DNA of 64,000 nt, from assembly GCA_016204385.1 (NCBI GenBank), contig JACQKW010000015.1, forward strand, positions 29,882 to 93,881. The letters are read 5' to 3'. The first letter of the stretch is position 1. Each line of letters starts with the position of its first letter. Positions 40,609-49,725 of this stretch are shown piece by piece. The notes under the pieces were generated by a model that saw only the letters and a list, made by a program, of their open reading frames with translations, was not told the origin of the DNA and made no database searches. The stretch is from Candidatus Liptonbacteria bacterium (GTDB taxonomy: Bacteria; Patescibacteriota; Minisyncoccia; UBA6257; 2-01-FULL-56-20). The position numbers and the translations under genes were made by a program.

Positions 40609-41655
40609 TTACAACCCATGGTACCAATACCCAAGCCCCAGAGCGTGTTTTCGCAACCGCTCCGCGCTCAATTCCGTTCCTTCCTGATCGCCAAGCATAA
40701 TCGCGCGAACCGCGCGATGCGCCATTTGGGCGCGGAAGAAAAAATCAAGCTTTCGGCGCAACCGGTCCGGATCGTCGTGCGGATAGTGCTTCAATAATTC
40801 CTCGACAAACTCGCTGCCGAAGTGACTATAGGGACGGAAAAGATCGTAGTCAGGATCGCCGATCCGTACCCCTCCCCAATCAATAATGCCCGTTATTTTT
40901 CTCGATTGCTTGTCAAAAAGGATGTGCTCCGCCTCGAGATCACCGTGCAATACCGCCGCTGTATACTCAAAATTTTTCTGATCGCTTAAATATCCGGAAA
41001 AAAGTTCCTCGGTGTAATCTTTTATCTGTTGCTCGTCGGCCGGATATGCCCGCTCCATGGCCGGATACACGCGCCCGCGCGCATCCTCGAGCCCGTTCTC
41101 GTAGAGCGAATGGAAATTTTGCTCGCGCAATCCCCATTGTTTCGCGGTTGCCGGATCAATCGAGTGGAGTTCTCGGAAAAAACTTGCGAGCTGTTTCACG
41201 GGTTCTGCGTCCACTCTCCCATCGGCGCCAATAAAATCCGATCTTTTCAAATCTTCCCCTTCGATTTTCTCGTATCCCACCATGCGGAGCTGGTTACGTT
41301 GCGCCCCTTTATATTCAAAGGCCGGGATGGCGAGATCAATGCGCTTCGCGATTTCAGGCAGCACAACGATCTCTTTTTTAATAGAAGCGTCTGCTTTTTC
41401 GTTCTTCGCGAACCGGAATACAAGTTCACTATTCACGAGAAAAGCGGCGCTCCCCATCCCTTCGCTAAGATATTCGATCTGCTTGACTCTAAGGTCGGGA
41501 AAATTCCTCTCGATGTCTGCTTTTGCCGCATCAACAGGAATTTCGACGCGATATTCCCCTGGCGTATAGCGGGGCTCACGTTCAAGGCCTCGGTTAGATT
41601 TCTCGAGATCCTCCCCATTATCGGGGGGATCCGGCCGCTCGGGTGATTTCGGCAT
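40609..41655 (-). CDS. Aminoglycoside/choline-kinase-type phosphotransferase family protein
   Basis: LHGDLEAEHILFD...IIDWGGVRIGDPDYDL catalytic-loop and DxD motifs. Confidence 0.8.
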   Translation of the reverse strand: MPKSPERPDPPDNGEDLEKSNRGLEREPRYTPGEYRVEIPVDAAKADIERNFPDLRVKQIEYLSEGMGSAAFLVNSELVFRFAKNEKADASIKKEIVVLPEIAKRIDLAIPAFEYKGAQRNQLRMVGYEKIEGEDLKRSDFIGADGRVDAEPVKQLASFFRELHSIDPATAKQWGLREQNFHSLYENGLEDARGRVYPAMERAYPADEQQIKDYTEELFSGYLSDQKNFEYTAAVLHGDLEAEHILFDKQSRKITGIIDWGGVRIGDPDYDLFRPYSHFGSEFVEELLKHYPHDDPDRLRRKLDFFFRAQMAHRAVRAIMLGDQEGTELSAERLRKHALGLGYWYHGL

Positions 41656-41755
41656 ACACCATCAACGTACCATTTCTGTCCTGATTTAAGAATGGGAGCT
41701 TCGTCAATTCGCAAAACCGCGTCCCGACGGTTGATGCGGTCGTTAAATGCGCGAT

Positions 41756-42559
41756 CTAAAAAGAAAGAGATATTGCTGATATGTCATCGTGTTGTTTATA
41801 TCGTGGATATTTCCAGCATTTAGGATCATCTTCTTGCAAATTTCTGACGAAATTTTTTACGTTCTCTAACCCACCCTGTAGGAAAAGATTCACAAATAAT
41901 TTCCAGTCATCTTTCCCTTGTGGGTCTTCCTTTGGGATCATCAGGCCGTCGGTAAAAAGCAGAATGTGCTTAACATTTTGGAGATTTTCCTCCCCTGTTT
42001 TAAGGAAAGGAATCGCTTCTTCCTCTCCGTTTAGAACCCCATACGTTTTATTTGCGTTAGCCCGGAGCCCCGCAAGGGGTCCCGGGACCAATATCTCGAA
42101 TATGTTTTCTCTCCTTTGCCCAGCTAATTCTTTCCATATCTTCAGAACTTCCCCGTCATGGTCAAAATCCTCAACAAGTAGTTTGTATGAGTTATCTTTG
42201 AATATGAGCAAAATTAGACAATCTGCAAGTTGTATCCATTCGAAAGAGTCGTCTTTGATTCTGACGGACGCTAGGATTGTACCCCACAAGCCACTTTTAT
42301 TTTTAATATCAATTTCTGACTCCAGCATTTTTTCTCGAATTATGCGGTTTGCTTCGATTGCGAGATTTCTCAATGTACCTTTATTTCGAGAAAAGACATC
42401 TCTCGTGATAGTCGCCGCGATCAAACCACCCGTTATACCCTGTTCGTCAACGAATTTATCTAAGCTATTAAAGCCGTCGAAAACTGCAAAAAGGTTGTCT
42501 TTAATCAGGCATGCATCCTCTTTGCTTGAGCCAACATCAAAAATGTGATTAATCTTCAT
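41756..42559 (-). CDS. PP2C/SpoIIE-like phosphatase, tentative
   Basis: AVFDGFNS...LLFTDGL pattern. AT-rich. Confidence 0.55.
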   Translation of the reverse strand: MKINHIFDVGSSKEDACLIKDNLFAVFDGFNSLDKFVDEQGITGGLIAATITRDVFSRNKGTLRNLAIEANRIIREKMLESEIDIKNKSGLWGTILASVRIKDDSFEWIQLADCLILLIFKDNSYKLLVEDFDHDGEVLKIWKELAGQRRENIFEILVPGPLAGLRANANKTYGVLNGEEEAIPFLKTGEENLQNVKHILLFTDGLMIPKEDPQGKDDWKLFVNLFLQGGLENVKNFVRNLQEDDPKCWKYPRYKQHDDISAISLSF

Positions 42560-42568
42560 GAATCAAGG

Positions 42569-43660
42569 TTAAATAGTAATCAGTTCTTTCGAAATCTTTT
42601 CACTCAAATTGATATTCCCGTTTCTTTTTAGCACCAGTGAATCTTCGATGCGCACGCCGCCCAAACCCTCGATGTATATCCCGGGTTCGATCGTAACCAC
42701 CGCATTTTCCGGCAAGGGCTTTTCATTCTTGCTCGAAACATACGGCAACTCGTGCACCTCCATGCCTAATCCGTGCCCGGCGCTGTGGAGAAAATACTCG
42801 CCGTATCCCTTGGTCGCAATGTAATCACGGCACACTGCGTCAAGTTCTTTTCCGGTTATGCCAGCTTTTGCAGCCTTGCATCCAAGCTCCTGTGCGGTTT
42901 TCGTTACTTCATATATTTTTGCCAAAGCGGGAGAAACGTTGCCAAGCGCAACAGTACGTGTCATGTCAGACGCATAGCCGTTTGAAAAACAGCCAAAATC
43001 AAACGTGATGAGTTCGCCGCGTTTTATTTTCTTCTCCGTCGGCTTTCCGTGCGGTTTCGCGCCGTTTGCGCCGGAGGCAACAATCACCTCAAACGCAACC
43101 TGCTCTGCCCCGCCTTCTTTCATGAGAAATTCGAGTTTTACCGCGAGTTCTTTTTCCGTGAGTCCCTCGCGTAGATAGGGCAAAAACCGCTCAAATGCAC
43201 CGCATGCAATACGCGCTGCTCTTTGGAGCTCCATAATTTCAGCGTCGTCCTTAACTGCACGGATCTCTTGCAGAACGTCGTTCTTGCTTATAATAACGAC
43301 GTCATGAATCACTTCGCTCAGCTTCGAAACCGAGTGGTACGACGTTCTCGCTCCGTCGATTACTACGGTTTTAAGACTTGACGCCCGACACACCTTCGCG
43401 AGCGCCTCGAGATGCGAAAATCGCTCAACTTTTACGAGTTGGAAATCGGGGCACTCTTCTTGTGCCTGTAAGAAGTAGCGTCCGTCGGCAAGAATAAATT
43501 TCTCGCTTTCGGTAATGACAAGAATAGACTCGGACCCGGAAAAACCCGATAAGTATCTTGTCCCAGGTTGGCCGGATAGCTCGTGATTTAAAAGTAGAAA
43601 CGCGTCAGCCTTAGCGGATCGAACAATGTTTCTAATCTTTTCAACGCGCTCGTCGAACAT
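42569..43660 (-). CDS. pepP: Xaa-Pro aminopeptidase (M24 family)
   Basis: Creatinase-like N-terminal domain plus DFGC..GYASDMTRT, HSAGHGLGMEVHE and EPGIY metal ligands. Confidence 0.85.
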   Translation of the reverse strand: MFDERVEKIRNIVRSAKADAFLLLNHELSGQPGTRYLSGFSGSESILVITESEKFILADGRYFLQAQEECPDFQLVKVERFSHLEALAKVCRASSLKTVVIDGARTSYHSVSKLSEVIHDVVIISKNDVLQEIRAVKDDAEIMELQRAARIACGAFERFLPYLREGLTEKELAVKLEFLMKEGGAEQVAFEVIVASGANGAKPHGKPTEKKIKRGELITFDFGCFSNGYASDMTRTVALGNVSPALAKIYEVTKTAQELGCKAAKAGITGKELDAVCRDYIATKGYGEYFLHSAGHGLGMEVHELPYVSSKNEKPLPENAVVTIEPGIYIEGLGGVRIEDSLVLKRNGNINLSEKISKELITI

Positions 43661-43756
43661 GGAGGTGTAAGTCGGTCTAGAACTTAGGACTTTTAAGCAG
43701 TATAAGGATTTTCTTGGGGTCGTTTCAGAACTCCAATTGAGATGTATGGGCCTAGA

Positions 43757-44569
43757 TTACTCTTCAGTGAAACAATCGCAACTCAAAAACTGTCCAAGAC
43801 ATTTTGGACATTGCTCCACATCACATCCGCTAGCATGAAATTGTCCTCGAATTACTCCGCAATCGTGACACGGCTTTTTTGTAATCTCTGCATAATCAAA
43901 AGGTTTTCCGCTCTCATCTAAAAACGGGTTGCCGTTTTTATCAAGCCACCCCTCTTCACCATATTGTATACGACTATACTTTTTATCACTTTTTTCAAAA
44001 AATCTCGTTTTTTGAGCACTGACTATGTCCGTGGGGTTCAATTTATGCATCTCCACTCCGTTGTAAATTACGAAGTTCTCCTTAAAATACTTCATTAATC
44101 TGGCCTCTGTGGGCCATAATTCTTTTTTAATTTTTCGATGCACTTCTTTCTTCAAATGCTTGATGTGAAAATAATGAACAAATTCAAAAAGTTGAGAATA
44201 TATGGTCTTAAACTCGAACCTGTTCATTTCAAACTCATAATGAAGTATAAGATTTCTATATTGTGCAGCCTTATGAATAACGCTTCTTTCCTTCTCCGTA
44301 ACATCGAAGCCAGCTATGGATTCTAATCTTGATAAAGCTTGTTTAAGAGAAACTGTGTTTTTAGGGTTATCTACGTCTTCAAAAATTAATATTGGGTGAT
44401 TCTTTTTTAAAACTTGTTTCAACATTAGCTCTATGGCTTGAGTAATATTGAAAATTGCAAAAGGCCAATCATGAATATTTCGTGACGCCTTTTTTGCATG
44501 TCTCAACGACTGATTCAAAAAGTTGTAAGAATTCTCGATTATTGAATATTGATGAGAGAACTTTTTCAT
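43757..44569 (-). CDS. HEPN-like (Rx4H) protein with a C-terminal Cys-rich zinc-ribbon-like tail
   Basis: 270 aa. Helical N-terminal domain with QYRNLILHYEF (R-x4-H). C-terminus CHDCG...HASGCDVEQCPKCLGQFLSCDC. Strongly AT-rich. Confidence 0.45.
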   Translation of the reverse strand: MKKFSHQYSIIENSYNFLNQSLRHAKKASRNIHDWPFAIFNITQAIELMLKQVLKKNHPILIFEDVDNPKNTVSLKQALSRLESIAGFDVTEKERSVIHKAAQYRNLILHYEFEMNRFEFKTIYSQLFEFVHYFHIKHLKKEVHRKIKKELWPTEARLMKYFKENFVIYNGVEMHKLNPTDIVSAQKTRFFEKSDKKYSRIQYGEEGWLDKNGNPFLDESGKPFDYAEITKKPCHDCGVIRGQFHASGCDVEQCPKCLGQFLSCDCFTEE

Positions 44570-44581
44570 ATAAGTTCAAGG

Positions 44582-44899
44582 TTAAAAAAAGTAATCCCTA
44601 ACCGTGATTTGATTAGCAGACCCTGGGGGAAAATTTTCTAAAATGTTTATACACGGTTTCATGATAACGCGTTTACCGTCCACCCCTTTTTTCATTAGAG
44701 AAATGTAGGGCTTTTTTTTATCACACTTAATTCTTTTCCTAATTAGCTCTGTTCCTTTTTCAATCCAACCCTTGAGGTCTTTCTCTGCTTCTTGGCAGGT
44801 TGTACCAAAACCAATAGCAAAGGCATGTTCGTCAGCTTTTAATTGGAACGAGGCTGATATCTCTTTTGAATCGTGATAATAAATTAAAGTTGTAGTCAT
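44582..44899 (-). CDS. Small hypothetical protein, possible partner of the HEPN-like gene (HicB-like?)
   Basis: 105 aa. Its stop is 12 nt before the HEPN-like ATG. AFAIGFGTTCQEAEKDLKGWIEKG is faintly HicB-like. Weak call. Confidence 0.35.
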   Translation of the reverse strand: MTTTLIYYHDSKEISASFQLKADEHAFAIGFGTTCQEAEKDLKGWIEKGTELIRKRIKCDKKKPYISLMKKGVDGKRVIMKPCINILENFPPGSANQITVRDYFF

Positions 44900-45005
44900 A
44901 ATTTAGCATCTGATCTCACAATCGCCTTAGGCAAGTCGGTCCTCAATAAAAAATGTTGTCTGTGGAGAGGGCGAGAACTCAAACTAAGACGCTGAATCGT
45001 GATGT

Positions 45006-45665
45006 TTACCCATTGATAGTAAACCACTTCCCCTCGCTCACCACTTCCACGTTGTCGTCAACAACTTTCAAGGCCGAATTATCATCAAGAACGTAGATTT
45101 TTTCTTGTATATCCTTGGCGGTCTTTCTTACAAAATCCTCTTTTCGCAGATTAAAGTGCGGAGAGTTCAAATGCGGTAAAAAATAGAAATCAACAAGATT
45201 CAGGCACGGTATATTCTTGCTCGGAACCGGATCTTCTTCGTACAATAAAAGGGTCATCTTGAGCGCCAGATCTTTACTCGCCACCATGCTTCCTGCGCTT
45301 AATCCCACATACACTTTTGTTTTTAGCAGTTCCGGAAGAAGAGATGCGAGTCCAGACTTATTCATCCAGGTCATCAGATGATAGGTGCTGCCTCCTTCGA
45401 AAAACAGGATGTCGGCATCCTCCAGTTTTGGACGCCATATTGCTTCATCAACCGCCGAGATGTCTGCAATGTCAATGCACTTAAAGTTTTGTTTTCTTAA
45501 ATTTATCAGATCATCAATAAGCCAGCTCTTATCACCCTTTTCTACGTTTGATGCCGTTGGAACAAAAATCAGCGACGTATCTTCGGGTCTCTTGCCCACT
45601 AATTCAAATAGCGCATCGGCTATTGATTTATTTGTAATGCCACCGGAAGTAAGAAGTAGTTTCAT
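45006..45665 (-). CDS. Peptidase E-like (S51 family) dipeptidase
   Basis: MKLLLTSGGITNKSI...ILFFEGGSTYHLM...VYVGLSAGSMV. The ORF-track N-terminus (to 45803) runs through the tRNA and is rejected. Confidence 0.72.
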   Translation of the reverse strand: MKLLLTSGGITNKSIADALFELVGKRPEDTSLIFVPTASNVEKGDKSWLIDDLINLRKQNFKCIDIADISAVDEAIWRPKLEDADILFFEGGSTYHLMTWMNKSGLASLLPELLKTKVYVGLSAGSMVASKDLALKMTLLLYEEDPVPSKNIPCLNLVDFYFLPHLNSPHFNLRKEDFVRKTAKDIQEKIYVLDDNSALKVVDDNVEVVSEGKWFTING

Positions 45666-45720
45666 GGTTGGTAATACTGCGGAGGGTGTGAGATTTATTT
45701 TATCGCTTTCTCCCGCACAA

Positions 45721-45811
45721 AGCGGTGGGGGTGGGATTTGAACCCACGGTACCATTTCTGATACACAATCTTTCCAGGATTGCCGTTTAAACCACTCACG
45801 CACCCCACCGC
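45721..45811 (-). tRNA. tRNA-Ser (anticodon GGA)
   Basis: Minus strand GCGGTGGGGTGCGTGAGTGG...CAATC-CTGGAAA-GATTG, a long variable arm, then GGTTCAAATCC...CCACCGCT. Confidence 0.9.
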
Positions 45812-45952
45812 TTTAAGCGGGATTGCATTTTGTAACTTTACTTCGTTTCAGACAAAATGGGAACAAGCGCGCGCGATAGACACGGAGTTTATCCGCCCAC
45901 TGGCGGACGAACCCTCCCTAATTTCTAAGTTCTAACGACTAAGTGCTAAATC

Positions 45953-46645
45953 CTACCCAATAACGCTACCGCGAAACTCCTTTCCGTTCAAGAGATTTTT
46001 GAAATTCTCGAGGTCTTTCCCTTGGATGATGATCGCAGAAATTCCCGCGCGCTCGGCGAGGCGCGCGCCCACGGGATCCATCGGCGCGTGCATGCCGGGC
46101 GTCCATCTTGCCGGAACGAGCGCGCGGTACTCTTTCCATGAGAGCTTCCCGATGGGCTTCGCGTTTTTATGCTTTGCATGATCCTTGTCATAGACGTGCG
46201 AGGGCTTGCCCGCGATCACCACTTCGCGCACGCCAAAATCCTTTGCGAGCGCGACCGTCACGTAGTCCGTTGACCACCCGGGCCGCCAGCCGGAGGCAAT
46301 CGTAACGGGATAACGAAGTTTTTTAATTTTTCCCCGCGCGTCCAAAACCACCGGATCCGCCACACCCTCGAAAATCGTCCGGAGAAGCTGGGCGTTCAGG
46401 CGCGTGGCGTGAATGCCTATCCAGTCCTTGTCTTCGTCGCTTACGCGGTTTAATTTCGCCGCCGCCTCTTGAAAAAGGCGGGAGAGCCACCCCCCGCCCA
46501 CCACAAGCACGAATTTCATCTTCCTCCGCAGAAAAGGCGCGAGAAACTTTTTGAACCGAGCGAGGAACAGCGTATCAATGCTCTCGGGGAAAACCACCGA
46601 CCCGCCGAGCGCAAGCACTACTACCTTTCCGAAGCGATGCATCAT
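45953..46645 (-). CDS. pyrH: UMP kinase-like (amino-acid-kinase family, archaeal-type PyrH)
   Basis: VVLALGGSVVF...FVLVVGGG...ASGWRPGWSTDYVTVALA. The ATG at 46645 overlaps the upstream stop (ATGA). The longer track N-terminus is rejected. Confidence 0.72.
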   Translation of the reverse strand: MMHRFGKVVVLALGGSVVFPESIDTLFLARFKKFLAPFLRRKMKFVLVVGGGWLSRLFQEAAAKLNRVSDEDKDWIGIHATRLNAQLLRTIFEGVADPVVLDARGKIKKLRYPVTIASGWRPGWSTDYVTVALAKDFGVREVVIAGKPSHVYDKDHAKHKNAKPIGKLSWKEYRALVPARWTPGMHAPMDPVGARLAERAGISAIIIQGKDLENFKNLLNGKEFRGSVIG

Positions 46646-47511
46646 GAAGCAGGCACTGCTTCGGGAACAGCTTCGGGCGGCGTCCCGCCTTTTATGTTTA
46701 TGAGCACCGTGCCCAAAAGAAGCGCGGTAAAGAGAAACGGCACGCGGGAGAACGGCGCATAGAAAAAGGCGACGGTATCCACAACAAGTCCCACGCTTAT
46801 GGCGTGAAGCCCGATTTGGTATGCCTTCATATATCCCGCATCCGCCCCGCGGAGCTTCAGGAACGCCCACACAAGAAGCGCCGCGAATGCCAGGTATGAG
46901 AGCTTGAGGCTGAAGAGAAACACAAAAAGCGCCATAAGGAGGATGACCATGAGCGGGGAAAGCCACAGCGAAAAGCGTTCAATGGTCCGCACGAACGAGC
47001 GAAGCCGTTCCTTATTGAGCGTCGTGTTCGGAAAATCGCTCAACCGCGAGATCTGTAAGTTTCCCCGCTCGCCTTGAAACGCAATCGAATCGCGCGTGAG
47101 GTACAGGCGGGTACTCGCGCCGCGGAAACGCTCGAGCGTGAATTCCGATTCGGTGTCCACCACAAGGATGTTTTCGACAGCAACCTCCGAACCTTTTTTG
47201 AGAACATTCCCGCGGTATGCCTCGGGGATCTTTATCACCACCGGCCCCTCACGGTTCGAAGATGCTTTTCCGTCCTTGAGTTCGATCACAAGATTGTCGG
47301 GAAAGCTTGCAAGCACCGAGGGACCGAAGTTTGCAATGAAGGCGTTCAGCGCCGGAATGAGACGCACCGAGAATACGGCGGTAAGCACGAGCGAGAGCAC
47401 GAGAACGAGAGAATAAAAATAGCCGAATGAGAATGAGAGCGGACGCCTGAAGAGGCCCTGGTAAAACTCCGGCCCGTAGACGCTTTTTTTAAACTGCTCT
47501 ATAAAACGCAT
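46642..47511 (-). CDS. DUF1189-like membrane protein
   Basis: Start at M29 (MRFIEQFKKSVYGPEFYQGLFRRPLSFSFGYFYSL...), with multiple TM helices. Confidence 0.55.
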   Translation of the reverse strand: MRFIEQFKKSVYGPEFYQGLFRRPLSFSFGYFYSLVLVLSLVLTAVFSVRLIPALNAFIANFGPSVLASFPDNLVIELKDGKASSNREGPVVIKIPEAYRGNVLKKGSEVAVENILVVDTESEFTLERFRGASTRLYLTRDSIAFQGERGNLQISRLSDFPNTTLNKERLRSFVRTIERFSLWLSPLMVILLMALFVFLFSLKLSYLAFAALLVWAFLKLRGADAGYMKAYQIGLHAISVGLVVDTVAFFYAPFSRVPFLFTALLLGTVLINIKGGTPPEAVPEAVPAS

Positions 47512-47623
47512 AGAGAACTGTGATGCCAATACACCTGCCCGACTCCCGCCTGACTTCGAGAAGACGAAGTCTTGTCGGGCAGGTGCCTGAGACAAACTCA
47601 GGCGGGCGGGCGAATTGTACTAA
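47512..47623 (-). promoter_or_regulatory. Conserved structured intergenic leader, copy E2 (htpX / DUF1189-like spacer)
   Basis: Shares its terminal blocks with E1. Contains 12-bp cacctgcccgac/gtcgggcaggtg and 9-bp cccgcctga/tcaggcggg pairings in an interleaved (1,2,1',2') order. Confidence 0.45.
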
Positions 47624-48526
47624 TTATACCCCCAAACCTCTTAACGCCTTAATCCTCTCTTCTATCGGCGGATGCGTCATGAATAATTTGTGGAGCCAGT
47701 GGGTGCGTTTTTCTTTCGGGAACGGGTCGTCAATCCAGAGGTGCGAGGTGGTGTTATTCGCCGCGCGCATCGGCGTCGTGTCCCGCGCAAGTTTCTCGAG
47801 CGCCCGCGCGAGGCCTTCCGGATACCGCGTGAGAAGCGCGCCCGAGGCGTCAGCCAATGACTCGCGTTTGCGGGAAATTGCGAGTTGAATCAACATCGCC
47901 GAGATGGGCGCCAAAATCGAGAGCGCAATCCCGATCAGAAGAAAAATGCCTCCCGCGTTCCCCCGGTCATCGCGCGAGCGTCCTCCTCCCCACATCATCG
48001 AGCGTAAAAATATGTCTGAAAGGATCGAGATGAAACCCACAAGGATCACCGCCACGGTGCCGATTAAAATATCCCTGTTCCCGATATGCGAGAGTTCATG
48101 ACTCAATACTCCCTCGAGTTCGGAACGATCAAGTTTCTCTAAAAGTCCTTGGGTTACGGCCACGACCGCGTGCTTTGGATCGCGGCCGGTCGCGAAGGCG
48201 TTTAGCGCCCGTTCCGGCACGAGGTAGAGCTTCGGCATCGGGAGTCCCGCGGTAATCGCGAGATTCTCCACGATCCGGTAAAGCTCGGGGTTGTCTTTCA
48301 TCGAAACTGGCTTTGCCCGTGCCATCCGGAGCACGATCTTGTCCGAGTACCAGTAGCTCACCGCATTCATAAAAACGCTGAACGCCACCGCGATGTAGAG
48401 AATGTTCGAGTCGCCGTACACTTGCGAGAAAATCCAGCCGATGCCGATTACGACAATCAAAAAACCGATGAATAAAGCCCATGTCCGCCGGATGTTTGAG
48501 TCTTTGTGTTGATATAAGCTAACCAT
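47624..48526 (-). CDS. htpX: Zinc metalloprotease HtpX
   Basis: HELSHIGNRD HExxH motif and 4 TM helices. Confidence 0.88.
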   Translation of the reverse strand: MVSLYQHKDSNIRRTWALFIGFLIVVIGIGWIFSQVYGDSNILYIAVAFSVFMNAVSYWYSDKIVLRMARAKPVSMKDNPELYRIVENLAITAGLPMPKLYLVPERALNAFATGRDPKHAVVAVTQGLLEKLDRSELEGVLSHELSHIGNRDILIGTVAVILVGFISILSDIFLRSMMWGGGRSRDDRGNAGGIFLLIGIALSILAPISAMLIQLAISRKRESLADASGALLTRYPEGLARALEKLARDTTPMRAANNTTSHLWIDDPFPKEKRTHWLHKLFMTHPPIEERIKALRGLGV

Positions 48527-48564
48527 TAGAAATTAGTAGATCGACGAAACCTCTGAAGCGAGAA

Positions 48565-49002
48565 CTATACAAAACCGAATTTGATTATAGCTACAATAAA
48601 AGGAATGACGCGCCCAATCCATGCAAATATATAAAAGTAAATCGGAAAGGCAATAATAAATGTGATAATAAATTTACGTCTCTCCAACAAAGAAGGAAAA
48701 AGTGTCTCTGATTTTTTGTATATGACAGTACCCGAGACAAGCCATAGGACAAGAAAAGTGAGATAAAATGGCGACGTGTCATTATATTGACACCCGTAAG
48801 GAAGCCCGTAGCACCCAATCACATTAACAATATCGCTAAATATTTTACTCCGAGGCTCGAAATCTTCGTAGCTGTGTCGAGTGGTCTGCAATACATCAAG
48901 GAGCGCCAGTAATACGGGAATGAGAATAAAAATTGCAGCGAGAACACCTGCGTATTTGATGCCGCCCCTTAATGGCTTTACGGGCCTACTGATTCCCAGC
49001 AT
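48565..49002 (-). CDS. Hypothetical membrane protein
   Basis: 145-aa ORF with 4 hydrophobic helices. AT-rich. Confidence 0.5.
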   Translation of the reverse strand: MLGISRPVKPLRGGIKYAGVLAAIFILIPVLLALLDVLQTTRHSYEDFEPRSKIFSDIVNVIGCYGLPYGCQYNDTSPFYLTFLVLWLVSGTVIYKKSETLFPSLLERRKFIITFIIAFPIYFYIFAWIGRVIPFIVAIIKFGFV

Positions 49003-49025
49003 CTTGTAAATCTACGTCTCAACTC

Positions 49026-49601
49026 CTAAAAATTAACCTTCACGGGCTGTTCCGCCTCTTCCGGCGCGTCATAGAATTCCATCTGCCTAAAACCGAATGC
49101 GTTCGCGACGATATTTGTCGGGAACACCTCGATTGAGGTGTTTAGGTCGCGCACGGTCGTATTATAAAACCTACGCGCCGCCTGGACCTTGTTCTCGGTG
49201 TCCGAGAGCTCGCGCTGGAGCTCAAGGAAGTTTGCGTTCGCTTTGAGGTCGGGATAATTCTCGGCCACGGCAAAAAGGGTTTTCAAGGTGTTCGAAAGCA
49301 TGTTCTCGGCTTCCCGCTTCTTCTCCGCGTCGCCCGCGCCTGCAACCGCCGCGCGCGCCTTGGTCACGTTCTCGAGCACGCCACGCTCGTGCTTCATATA
49401 CCCTTTCACTGATTCGACGAGGTTCGGGATAAGGTCGAATCGGCGCTTCATCTGCACTTCGATGTCGGAAATTGCCTCCTTCGCGCGAAGCCGCATCGTG
49501 ACAAGCTTGTTGTACGCGTAGATGAGGTAGACGACGACCACTGCCAAAACGATATAGAGAATGTTCATGCCGCCATTATACCAAGAAGACCCCCGCACCA
49601 C
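49026..49601 (-). CDS. lemA: LemA family protein
   Basis: N-terminal TM helix, then RLRAKEAISDIEVQMKRRFDLIPNLVESVKGYMKHE...RFYNTTVRDLN. The start may be M12. Confidence 0.85.
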   Translation of the reverse strand: MVRGSSWYNGGMNILYIVLAVVVVYLIYAYNKLVTMRLRAKEAISDIEVQMKRRFDLIPNLVESVKGYMKHERGVLENVTKARAAVAGAGDAEKKREAENMLSNTLKTLFAVAENYPDLKANANFLELQRELSDTENKVQAARRFYNTTVRDLNTSIEVFPTNIVANAFGFRQMEFYDAPEEAEQPVKVNF

Positions 49602-49644
49602 AAGGAAGATTTATGTCTTTTCGAAACCGTTGTCTTAATGTAAA

Positions 49645-49688
49645 ACTGTTTCCATTATAAATGATTAATCATTTATAATGGAAACAGT
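49645..49688. repeat. 44-bp perfect palindrome, copy C (TGTTTCCATTATAAA arms)
   Basis: actgtttccattataaatgattaatcatttataatggaaacagt. It carries outward-facing TATAAT boxes on both strands, 45 nt upstream of lemA. Confidence 0.9.
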
Positions 49689-49725
49689 ACAAGAAAAAGT
49701 GTGCCCGCAACGCGATCGCTGCGGG

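Noticed and set aside
47641-47650. ttaacgcctt shared with the sequence after the tmk stop (19026-19035) as a conserved post-stop motif
   Set aside because: In the htpX locus the string lies inside the coding region (KALRG), so the resemblance is coincidental.
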